Below are positions 55,602 to 64,000 of a stretch of 64,000 nucleotides of DNA, in pieces. The stretch lies in NCBI GenBank assembly GCA_963666565.1, contig OY762911.1, positions 4,416,001-4,480,000 of the forward strand, written 5' to 3'. The position numbers and the translations under genes are program-made. Numbering within the stretch: the first letter of the stretch is position 1; every line of letters starts with the position of its first letter. The notes under the pieces were generated by a model. That model made no database searches and was not told the origin of the DNA. It saw only the letters and a program-made list of their open reading frames with translations. Source of the stretch: Thermoanaerobaculia bacterium. GTDB taxonomy: Bacteria > Acidobacteriota > Thermoanaerobaculia > Multivoradales > Multivoraceae.

Positions 55602-57206
55602 ATGGCCGAGATCCTCCGCCGCACGCACGAAGTCCGCTGGGCCGCCGTCCTGGTGCTGGCTTCCCTCCTCCTTGCCGCAACCGCGGCCGCCGGCGCCGGT
55701 TCCAGCGCCGGCATCGTCAAGATCGACTCCGGCAAGCTCCAGGGCGAGGTCCTCGACGCGGACACCGGCCTGACCGTCTACCGCGGCATCCCGTTCGCGG
55801 CGCCGCCGGTCGGCGACCTGCGCTGGAAGGCGCCGCAGCCGCCCGCTTCGTGGAGCGGCGTGCGCGACGCGACGGAGTTCGGCGCCATCTGTCCGCAGAG
55901 CCCGGTCCTGGCGATGATGACCGGCGAAGGCCTGCCGCCGACGTCGGAGGACTGCCTGTTCCTCAACGTGTGGACGGCGGCCGGGGCCGACGACGATTCG
56001 CGGCCGGTCATGGTGTGGATCCACGGCGGCGGCCTGAGCCTCGGCTGGAGCAACCAGGCGCAGTACGACGGGTCCGCGTTCGCCGGCCAGGGCGTGGTCC
56101 TGGTCTCGGTCAACTACCGGCTCGGCCCCCTCGGCTACCTGGCGCACCCGGCGCTGTCGAAGGAGTCCGGCGGCCAGTCGGGCAACTACGGCTTCCTCGA
56201 CCAGATCGCGGCGCTTGAATGGGTCGAGCGGAACATCGCCAGGTTCGGCGGGGACCCGGACAACGTGACGATCTTCGGCGAGTCAGCGGGCGGCACCAGC
56301 GTCCATGCATTGATGGCGAGCCCCCGGGCCGCCGGCCTCATCCACCGGGCGATCGCCGAGAGCCCCTGGATCACCGACACGAACATCCGCCCGCTCCGGG
56401 GAGCGAACGGCATGCACGCCAGCGCCGAGGAAGTCGGCGTCGCCTGGGCAAACGCGCTGCTCGGCGAGGGCGCGAAGCAGTCGGCGAAGGCGCTGCGCGG
56501 CCTGGACGCCGGCGCGATCATCCAGAAGACGCCGCCGGCAGGCCAGCCGGGCGCCTACGAACCGCACGTCACGTACGGGACGGCCTTCATGCCCGAGTCG
56601 AGCGAGGACCGCTACGCGGCGGGCACGCAGAACGACATCCCCCTGATCGCCGGCACGAACCGCAACGAGGGCACGATGTTCATGTCGTTCCAGCCGCTGG
56701 CGGACCGGGACGCCTTCCTCGAGATGCTGAAGGGCGTGTACGGCGACCGCGCGGAAGAGGTCGCGAAGCTCTACCCGTCGTCGACCGCGGACGAACTCAA
56801 GGCGCAGCAGGACCGCTTCATCACCGACACATGGTTCCTGCGCGGCACCCGCTGGATGCTGCTCGGCATGGACAACGTCTCCTCGCCCGCCTACCAGTAC
56901 TTCTTCACCCGCGTGAACCCGGAGAACCCCGCCTGGGGCGCCCACCACGCGGCCGAGCTCGGCTACGTGTTCAACACGCTCGCCGGCGAGAACTACGGCG
57001 AGGCGGACGACGAACTCGCCGCGCTGATGATCGACTACTGGGTCCAGTTCGCCCGCACCGGCGACCCGAACGGCGGCGGCCGGCCGGCCTGGCCGAAGTT
57101 CGACGGCGAGAAGCAGGCGTATCTGGAACTGGGCGACGAGGTGACGACCGGCGCCGACCTGGAGCGGGAGATCAACGACCGGCTGGAAGCGATCCGCGGG
57201 CAGTAG
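55602..57206 (+). CDS. type-B carboxylesterase, secreted
   Basis: GIPFAAPP.GDLRW, SEDCLFLNVW, WIHGGG, FGESAGG. Confidence 0.93.
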   Translation: MAEILRRTHEVRWAAVLVLASLLLAATAAAGAGSSAGIVKIDSGKLQGEVLDADTGLTVYRGIPFAAPPVGDLRWKAPQPPASWSGVRDATEFGAICPQSPVLAMMTGEGLPPTSEDCLFLNVWTAAGADDDSRPVMVWIHGGGLSLGWSNQAQYDGSAFAGQGVVLVSVNYRLGPLGYLAHPALSKESGGQSGNYGFLDQIAALEWVERNIARFGGDPDNVTIFGESAGGTSVHALMASPRAAGLIHRAIAESPWITDTNIRPLRGANGMHASAEEVGVAWANALLGEGAKQSAKALRGLDAGAIIQKTPPAGQPGAYEPHVTYGTAFMPESSEDRYAAGTQNDIPLIAGTNRNEGTMFMSFQPLADRDAFLEMLKGVYGDRAEEVAKLYPSSTADELKAQQDRFITDTWFLRGTRWMLLGMDNVSSPAYQYFFTRVNPENPAWGAHHAAELGYVFNTLAGENYGEADDELAALMIDYWVQFARTGDPNGGGRPAWPKFDGEKQAYLELGDEVTTGADLEREINDRLEAIRGQ

Positions 57207-57267
57207 CGGGCAGGCGGCGAACGAGGGCAGGCGAAGCGGACGGCGTGAGACCCGGAAGTCGGCCGCG

Positions 57268-58533
57268 ATGACAGGACGCCCCTTCATCGGCTGGCGAGTC
57301 GTCGGAGTCGGTTCGCTCTGCTACGGCTTCGGCATCTCGCCGATGTACTACGGCTGGGGCCTGTTCCTGCCGGAGATGCAGCGCGACCTCGGACTGAACG
57401 ACGCTCAGTCGGGACTCGTCTTCAGCGTCTTCAGCTACAGCTACCACCTGCTCGGACCGGTGGTCGGGATCGTGATGGCGCGCCTGGGCGTCCGCTCCGT
57501 CATGGTGTTCGGCGCCGCGGTCGGAGTCCTCGCCTTCTGGCTGTTGAGCCGGGCCGACTCCTTCGCCGACTGCATGTTCGCCTACGGCGTGCTCGGCGGC
57601 ATAGCGATCGGCTTCGGCACCATCCTGCCCGCCCAGACCCTGGCCTCGAACTGGTTCGTCCGCTCCCGGTCGAGGGCGATCGCCCTGGTGCTTGGCGGCG
57701 GCGCCGTGGTCGGCTTCGCCATCAACCTGTTCACGCCGGCGATCCTCCGGGCCGCCGACTGGCGCACCGCCTGGCTGATCATCTCCGGCATCTCGGCCGC
57801 GGTCGCGGTGGTTGCCGCGCTCTTCATCCGCGGCATGCCGGAGAGGGTGGGGCAACAGCCGGACGGAGGCCCGGCCGACAGCGACCCGGAACCCGGCGAT
57901 CGGCCCGGTCCGACCGGCGTGGGCGAGTGGACCGCGCCGCTCGCGATGCGCACGCCGCAGTTCTACATCCTGGTCGGCCTCTCGATCGCCTACGGCGTGC
58001 CGTGGGGCATCATCGCCGTCTTCGGCCGCGCCCACCTCGAGGCCGTCGGCTTCACCACCGCGGTGGCCGCGGGGATCCTCGGCAGCCGCGTTCTGGTCAG
58101 CCTCCTCGGCAGGTTCAGCGGCTCCATGGGCGACTTCATGCCGCCCCAACGGCTGCTCGGCATCGTCCTGATCCTGGAGGGGACGGGCTGCGCCCTGCTG
58201 ATCGTCGCGAAGACGGCGCTCCTCGCCTACGCGGCGATGGTGCTGATCGGACTCGGCTTCGGCGCCGCCTACGTCTGCATCCCCGTCGTCTACTCGGCGT
58301 TCTACGGCCGCCGCGCGTTCGGCACCACGGTCGGCATCCGCTTCGCCATCACGGGCGCGATCTCGCCGTCCGCTCCGTTCCTGGCCGGAATGCTCTCCGA
58401 CTGGTCGGGCTCGCACATGCTGACGCTCACCATCCTGGCGAGCCTCTGCCTGGCCGGCTCTCTGGTCGCCTTCGGCCTCCGCGCGCCGGTGCTCGGCGCC
58501 CGGCCGATCCAGCCAGCGTCGGCGGCGGGCTGA
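57268..58533 (+). CDS. MFS transporter
   Basis: About 12 TM; ARLGVR, NWFVRSRSRA, YGRRAFGT. Confidence 0.88.
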   Translation: MTGRPFIGWRVVGVGSLCYGFGISPMYYGWGLFLPEMQRDLGLNDAQSGLVFSVFSYSYHLLGPVVGIVMARLGVRSVMVFGAAVGVLAFWLLSRADSFADCMFAYGVLGGIAIGFGTILPAQTLASNWFVRSRSRAIALVLGGGAVVGFAINLFTPAILRAADWRTAWLIISGISAAVAVVAALFIRGMPERVGQQPDGGPADSDPEPGDRPGPTGVGEWTAPLAMRTPQFYILVGLSIAYGVPWGIIAVFGRAHLEAVGFTTAVAAGILGSRVLVSLLGRFSGSMGDFMPPQRLLGIVLILEGTGCALLIVAKTALLAYAAMVLIGLGFGAAYVCIPVVYSAFYGRRAFGTTVGIRFAITGAISPSAPFLAGMLSDWSGSHMLTLTILASLCLAGSLVAFGLRAPVLGARPIQPASAAG

Positions 58534-58543
58534 CGGCGGCGGC

Positions 58544-60226
58544 TCAGTACTCCGTGCGCAGCCGGAGCCACGCGCTGCGAACCGCGTCCTGGAGGTTCGC
58601 GAGCGCGGCCTTTCGCATCTGCTTCGGACGATCGGCCAACCGTTCCACCGCAAGATTCAGCAGTTCGTCGTCCGAGGCCTCGGCGCGGCCGGCGGCGGCG
58701 CGGGCATGTTCCTCCAGCACCGGCCGATTGCCGCGCAGACATTCACGCAGGGCCAGCCGTCCGCCCTGTCCATCGTGCGCGTCGAGACACATGCCGGCGC
58801 GGCGCAGGTCCGCCGCGACTTCGTCCAGGCCGGCATCCCCGCTCTCCAGGTAGACCTGGACGAGGGCCCTGCGGGTCCGCGAGACGAGCGACTGGGTCTC
58901 GCCGCGCAGGCGCTCGCGGTCCCGGGCGACGCGCTCCGTCGTGTCGGCGATGTTCCTGCCGCCCGCGAGGTCGTTGAACAGGCGCGTCCATACCCTGGCC
59001 TTGCGGACTCTCTCGACCGTGCCCGTTCGGGCAACCTCCTCGACCATCTCCTGCACCTGGAAGACCTTCCCTTCCAGCGCGACCGCCGCGCGCCGGCGCT
59101 CCCGCCGGACCTGTTCGGCCCGCTGGCGCTTCTCCTCCCGCCGGCGCTCCTCCTCCCGCGCCCTTTCCTCCGCCCGCTGGCGTTCGGCGAGTTCCGGTGC
59201 GGCCTCCGGGCGTTCGGTCTCCGGGCGTTCGGCCTCGCGCCGCCCGGCGAGCAGCCTGCGGAGTTCCCCCGCCAGGGCATTGAAGTCGATGGCGGACTCC
59301 TCGACCTTCGCCACGCTCTCCCGCGGCTGCGGGGCCGCCTCCTTCGTCTCCACCACGTCTTCGTTCATCGGCGGCCTGTTGCGAGAGATCATCGCGTCGA
59401 GCACCGACGGCGCCAGTCCCGCTCTGGAAAGCGCCATCAGAGCGTCGATCGACGTGTCGAAGTCCGTCGCGGAGTTCTCGATCCTCCGGACAATGTCCTC
59501 CGGAGCGCTGCCGGCTCTGGCCATCTCGCGCACGTCCGCATTCGTCATCGGACGCGTTCCTGCCGCGGGCCGCCGCGCCGGCCGCGTTCGCCTGTTCTCT
59601 CCGGGCCGCGGAGCGGGCGCCGCAACACGCCGCCGATCATCCGCGGCGACGGCTTCGTACCACGGGCTCTCCGCGGTCGACCGGCCGCGGCGCCGGTTGT
59701 CGAGGGCATCCGAGTCCAGCCCGAAGTCGTCCCCACGACCGGAACGCGGCTCGAAGAGCGACTCGCGCTCGGCGGGGGCTTCGAACGGGTCGCCCAGCGG
59801 CTCGTCGTATCGCCAGTCCCTGCTCAGGGTGCGGCCGTCCGGCAGCGTGACGGTCCAGCGCCCATGCCGTTCGCCCTCCACGAACGGCCCCCGCTCGACC
59901 GTCCCGTCGGAGCGGTGCACGGTCCAGGCGCCGTGGCGTCTGCCGGCCACGTACGGACCGCGCTCGACGTTGCCGTCGGCGCGCTGCACGGTCCAGTAAC
60001 CATGCTGCCTGCCGTCGAGGAAGGCGCCCTCCGCCCAGTGACCCTCGTCCGAAACGAGTTCGCCCCTGCCGTGCGGACGGCGGTCGATGCAGCGGCCGAA
60101 CCACGTCCAGCCCTCGGCCACTTCGACCGTGCAGTCCTCGGCACCGGATTGCGCGGCCGCCGAGCCGGGGACCGCCCACACCACCGCCCCGCAGAACGCG
60201 AGCGTCGTGAACGACGGTATGCGCAT
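58544..60226 (-). CDS. secreted MORN-repeat protein
   Basis: Signal peptide; repeats EGAFLDGRQHGYWT / RGPYVAGRRHGAWT / RGPFVEGERHGRWT; MTNADV module; coiled coil. Confidence 0.75.
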   Translation of the reverse strand: MRIPSFTTLAFCGAVVWAVPGSAAAQSGAEDCTVEVAEGWTWFGRCIDRRPHGRGELVSDEGHWAEGAFLDGRQHGYWTVQRADGNVERGPYVAGRRHGAWTVHRSDGTVERGPFVEGERHGRWTVTLPDGRTLSRDWRYDEPLGDPFEAPAERESLFEPRSGRGDDFGLDSDALDNRRRGRSTAESPWYEAVAADDRRRVAAPAPRPGENRRTRPARRPAAGTRPMTNADVREMARAGSAPEDIVRRIENSATDFDTSIDALMALSRAGLAPSVLDAMISRNRPPMNEDVVETKEAAPQPRESVAKVEESAIDFNALAGELRRLLAGRREAERPETERPEAAPELAERQRAEERAREEERRREEKRQRAEQVRRERRRAAVALEGKVFQVQEMVEEVARTGTVERVRKARVWTRLFNDLAGGRNIADTTERVARDRERLRGETQSLVSRTRRALVQVYLESGDAGLDEVAADLRRAGMCLDAHDGQGGRLALRECLRGNRPVLEEHARAAAGRAEASDDELLNLAVERLADRPKQMRKAALANLQDAVRSAWLRLRTEY

Positions 60227-60311
60227 TGTCAGGCGCTCCCCTTCGGACGTGGGTGGTGGATCTTCCTGGGTGCGGAAAACTACCACAGCAGCCTGACGGC
60301 TGCGAGTACTC

Positions 60312-60983
60312 CTAGCCGGCCGCGGGCGCGACCTTCACGCTCCAGCGGTGCTCGCCCCAGGACAGCTCGATCGCTCCGGGGGCACCTCCTTCGGGCGGCT
60401 CGATGGCGATCTTCAGGGCCGACTTCCCGCCCTCGGCGATGGAGTGCTCCAGCGGCGTCTCGCCCAGGTCCTTCACGGGGTCGTGCATCGTGCCCCAGAC
60501 GTCGGGCTCGTGGTTGACGACCAGCGTCCACCGGCCGTCCTCTTCCAGGCGCAGCCACAGGCTGTAGAGGCCGGCGAAACCCGGCGAGACGTTGCCGGCC
60601 GGCACCTTGAGGTCGCCGACCACGATGTCGGCCTCGGTGCGGAGCTTGATCGCCGCGAAGGTCTGGAACTCGAGCAGCCCCTGTTCGTGCTCCTGCAAGG
60701 ACCGCCAATCCAGACTCCCGAGCGGGATCCTGCCGGCGTTGACCACGACCTCGCCGCCGCCGACCTCGGCCCGGTCGATCGAGCGCGTGGCTCTGACCAG
60801 GGCCGCGAAGCCCACGGTCAGGCCGGAAGCGTCGAGCTTGCGGCCCTCGCCCTCCTTCGAGGGCTTCTCGATGACCCTGTCCGTCTCGGCGAACTGTCCC
60901 GCCGCCGGCGCCGCGACGGCGGCCATGCAACACGAGACGGCCGCGACCGCCCGCAGCAGCCGCCGTCCGCTCGCCACAGCCAT
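60312..60983 (-). CDS. DUF2911-like secreted protein
   Basis: VPAG..YSLW..WTLVVN..WGT.HDP.KDL, LSWG. Confidence 0.65.
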   Translation of the reverse strand: MAVASGRRLLRAVAAVSCCMAAVAAPAAGQFAETDRVIEKPSKEGEGRKLDASGLTVGFAALVRATRSIDRAEVGGGEVVVNAGRIPLGSLDWRSLQEHEQGLLEFQTFAAIKLRTEADIVVGDLKVPAGNVSPGFAGLYSLWLRLEEDGRWTLVVNHEPDVWGTMHDPVKDLGETPLEHSIAEGGKSALKIAIEPPEGGAPGAIELSWGEHRWSVKVAPAAG

Positions 60984-60993
60984 CGCGGCCTCC

Positions 60994-62322
60994 CTACTCG
61001 CCGCCCGTGCTCTGGATCGGCGCGAGGCCGACCCGCAACGCGACCGGGTCGACGGGCTCGACCGGCGCCCAGGCGACGAAGCCGAGCATCATCTCGTCGG
61101 TGGTCGCCGTGCCGTTGACGACGTTGTCGGCCGGATCGAAGCCCCGCTCCTCGCCGCGCTCGGGCGAGTTCTCGAACCACATCGACACCTCGACCCGGGT
61201 GCCGGCGGGAATCGTCTTCGGCTTCTTGTACTGGTAGGTCGTCTGCCATTCCTGGTCGTAGTTCGGCACGTCGAGCAGGACCTCGGTCGTGCCGTCAGGG
61301 TAGAAGGCGTCGTAGCGCACCGCCACCGACCGCAGGTGAGCGTGCGGCCACAGGGCCAGGAGGTCCGTCTCGACCGGGAACACCCGCGCCGAGCCGACCT
61401 TCCAGCGTTCGTGACCCGGCGGAATCTCGAAGGTCAGGTTGCCGATCGAGTCGAACTTGACCTCGCGCAGCTCGCTCTCCGGAGCGTCCGCGAACACGAA
61501 GCCGATCTCGGAACGGTCGAGGAAGCCGCTGCCCTCGCCGGCCTCCTTGTTGTAGTGCATGGAGAACTCGATGGTCGAACCGGGCTCCAGCTTCATCGCG
61601 TAGCCGGGGTCCATCAGGTGACTCTCGGCGCCGAGGGCAATGCAGCCGATCGAGCTGTCGCTGAACTTGCCGAGCGCCGTGGCGCCGCCGGGCGGCCGGA
61701 CGCTGGCGCACATGTGGTGAACGTCGCTGCCGCCGACCTTGAACTCGACGCCGCGCACCCAGACCGGCTCGGGGAGCATCTCTTCGGTGAGTTCGGCCTC
61801 GAAGTTGATGTTGATGTCGGCGATTTCGTCGGCCACCCAGTATTCCTCGGGCATCGCCACGACCAGGTCGGGACGGCCGAGCGACCAGCCGCCGGAACCC
61901 TCCTCGACGAACTTCCTCGGCGGCGGCGCATCGGCCGCGTCGCCGGCCGGCGAACCGCCGCGGACCCAGGCCACAACCGTCTCGATCTCGCCGTCCGTCA
62001 TCACCCGTTCGTTGTGGAACTGGCCGCGCGTGGCCTCGGTCGCGAACCAGGGCGGCATGGCGCGGCTCTCGACCGCGCGGGCGATCGAGCGCGCCCAGGG
62101 ACGGGTCTGTTGGTACGTCATCAGCGGCATCGGCGCGATCATGCCGCCGATGTTCTCGCCCTCGCCGTCGGGCCGGTGGCAGGTCTGGCAGTTCTCCTGA
62201 AGCACCGGCAGCACGTCGGCGTAGAACGTCGGCGTGTCCGCGTCTGCCGCCAGACCAAGGCCGGGAACGGCAAGGGCGGCGACGAGCATGAGCAGGATCG
62301 GACGAGAGGTCTGGGCTTTCAT
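60994..62322 (-). CDS. secreted cytochrome c / copper type II monooxygenase-like protein
   Basis: PTFYADVLPVLQENCQTCH, MPPW, VHH, MHY, PHAHL, YDQEWQ, DEMM. Confidence 0.8.
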   Translation of the reverse strand: MKAQTSRPILLMLVAALAVPGLGLAADADTPTFYADVLPVLQENCQTCHRPDGEGENIGGMIAPMPLMTYQQTRPWARSIARAVESRAMPPWFATEATRGQFHNERVMTDGEIETVVAWVRGGSPAGDAADAPPPRKFVEEGSGGWSLGRPDLVVAMPEEYWVADEIADININFEAELTEEMLPEPVWVRGVEFKVGGSDVHHMCASVRPPGGATALGKFSDSSIGCIALGAESHLMDPGYAMKLEPGSTIEFSMHYNKEAGEGSGFLDRSEIGFVFADAPESELREVKFDSIGNLTFEIPPGHERWKVGSARVFPVETDLLALWPHAHLRSVAVRYDAFYPDGTTEVLLDVPNYDQEWQTTYQYKKPKTIPAGTRVEVSMWFENSPERGEERGFDPADNVVNGTATTDEMMLGFVAWAPVEPVDPVALRVGLAPIQSTGGE

Positions 62323-62483
62323 CTTCGTGTACTCCCGGTAACGCGGACCGCTGGTCCGCTGTCGACGACCAGGGAAGCCCCTGCCGGCCTGGATCCCTGG
62401 TCGGTGCTCAGGAAGTGTACCCGAACCAGAGTGGCGTATTGTGGATCACTGCAGATCAATCGACGATGTCAAGCGAAACGGAG

Positions 62484-64000
62484 ATGGCCACTATGGGTAA
62501 GTCGCTCGCCAACTCAGCCGGAACTCCGGGAACCGCCATCTTCCTGATGCTCTGCGGCTCGCTCGCCGCCACAGCCCAGGAAGCCGACCGAAGGGCATTG
62601 TTCGGCGACCTGCACGTACACACGCGCTATTCGTTCGACGCCTTCATCTTCGGCACCCGTACGACTCCGGACAACGCCTACGAGTTCGCCAGGGGCAAGG
62701 CGATCGAGCACCCCGGAGGCTTCGCACTCCAGCTCGACCGGCCGCTCGACTTCCTCGCCGTGACCGACCACGCGAACTACCTCGGCATGCTGGAGGCGAT
62801 GTCGCAGCCCGACCACCCGCTGTCCAGGCTCGACCGGGCGGCGGACTTCACCCAGGCACGGACCATCGCCGAGAAGCGGAGCGCCTTCCGCAGCGGCGCC
62901 TACGTCCGGGAACATCGCGACGTGGATGTCATCCGCTCGGCCTGGAAGCGGACGGTCGAGGCTGCCGAACGCCACAACGACCCCGGCGCCTTCACCACCT
63001 TCCCCGCCTACGAGTACACCTCGAGCCGCGACGGCGGCAACCTGCACCGCAACGTGATCTTCCGGGGCGACGCGGTGCCCGACTACCCGTACGGCCGCAT
63101 CGACTCGATCAACCCGGAAGACCTCTGGGCGTGGATGGACGACCTGCGGTCGCAAGGCATCGAGGCCCTGGCGATCCCCCACAACTCGAACGGCTCCGAC
63201 GGCCACATGTTCCAGCTCGTCAACTTCGCCGGCGAGCCGATCGACGCCGCCTACGCAGAGACCAGGATGCGAAACGAACCCCTGGTCGAGGTCACGCAGG
63301 TCAAGGGCACCTCCGACACCCATCCCTTCCTCTCGCCCAACGACGAATGGGCGGACTTCGAGATCATGCCCTACCGGATCGCGCAGTGGAACAAGTCGAG
63401 ACCGCGCGGTTCCTACGTCCGCGACGCCTACCAACGCGGACTCAAGCTGCAGGCAGAAAGCGGCGCGAATCCCTACCGGTTCGGCCTCGTAGGCGCCAGC
63501 GACACCCACAACGGCGGCGCCTCGCTCGACGAATCGAACTTCGTCGCCAAGGTCGGCATCCTGGACGCGACAGCCGAGCTGCGCGGCTCGGTGCCGATCG
63601 TGTCGGAGGAAGGCGTCACGGCCTACAACGACACCTACTACAAGACTTGGAGCGCCTCCGGCCTGGCCGGCGTCTGGGCCGGGGAGAACACGCGCGACTC
63701 GATCTACGACGCCTTCCGCCGCAAGGAGACCTTCGCGACTTCCGGTCCCCGCATCGTCGTCCGTTTCTTTGCCGGCGACTATCCTGACGACTTGGCTGAG
63801 CGCGAGGACGCAGTCGACGTGGCCTACGCCGAGGGCGTGCCGATGGGCGGCGAACTGCCAGCCGGCTCGGACGGCGCCGCGACGCCCCGCTTCCTCGTCT
63901 GGGCGCTCCAGGACCCGCTCGGCACGCCGTTGCAGCGGGTTCAGGTGATCAAGGGCTGGAGCGACGACGGACACGGGATGGAACAGGTGTTCGACGTCGC
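62484..64000 (+). CDS. DUF3604 domain protein, runs off the window end (absent from the ORF track)
   Basis: LFGDLHVHTRYSFDA, PLDFLAVTDH, YEYTS..NLHRNVIF, IPHNSNGS, EVTQVKGTS, ASDTH, RKETFATSGPRI. Confidence 0.9.
   Translation, partial: MATMGKSLANSAGTPGTAIFLMLCGSLAATAQEADRRALFGDLHVHTRYSFDAFIFGTRTTPDNAYEFARGKAIEHPGGFALQLDRPLDFLAVTDHANYLGMLEAMSQPDHPLSRLDRAADFTQARTIAEKRSAFRSGAYVREHRDVDVIRSAWKRTVEAAERHNDPGAFTTFPAYEYTSSRDGGNLHRNVIFRGDAVPDYPYGRIDSINPEDLWAWMDDLRSQGIEALAIPHNSNGSDGHMFQLVNFAGEPIDAAYAETRMRNEPLVEVTQVKGTSDTHPFLSPNDEWADFEIMPYRIAQWNKSRPRGSYVRDAYQRGLKLQAESGANPYRFGLVGASDTHNGGASLDESNFVAKVGILDATAELRGSVPIVSEEGVTAYNDTYYKTWSASGLAGVWAGENTRDSIYDAFRRKETFATSGPRIVVRFFAGDYPDDLAEREDAVDVAYAEGVPMGGELPAGSDGAATPRFLVWALQDPLGTPLQRVQVIKGWSDDGHGMEQVFDV

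Overview
Very GC-rich bacterial chromosomal segment. A VPS10/BNR glycosyl hydrolase, a GWxTD/VWA-type protein, DUF3604 and a heme-c/Cu monooxygenase suggest Acidobacteriota (inference, not a database result). It holds about 55 genes: hydrolases and lipid-catabolic enzymes, an Mrp Na+/H+ antiporter operon, trkAH, an orphan CbbQ/NorQ + vWA pair, phoD, a sulfatase, and small defence/TA islands (Schlafen AlbA_2, broken GmrSD-like gene, HepT-MntA, Phd-PIN, truncated DUF222-HNH). No rRNA, tRNA or CRISPR array was seen. The most unusual signals are non-genic. (1) Four copies of a 177-180-nt intergenic element, each closed by a ~36-bp stem that covaries between copies. (2) A REP-like GGTG/GGAG hairpin family (about 12 copies) that also sits in frame inside at least three proteins. 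(3) Three parS-shaped palindromes inside the HNH gene. (4) Many apparently leaderless genes. All family assignments come from motif recognition by eye.
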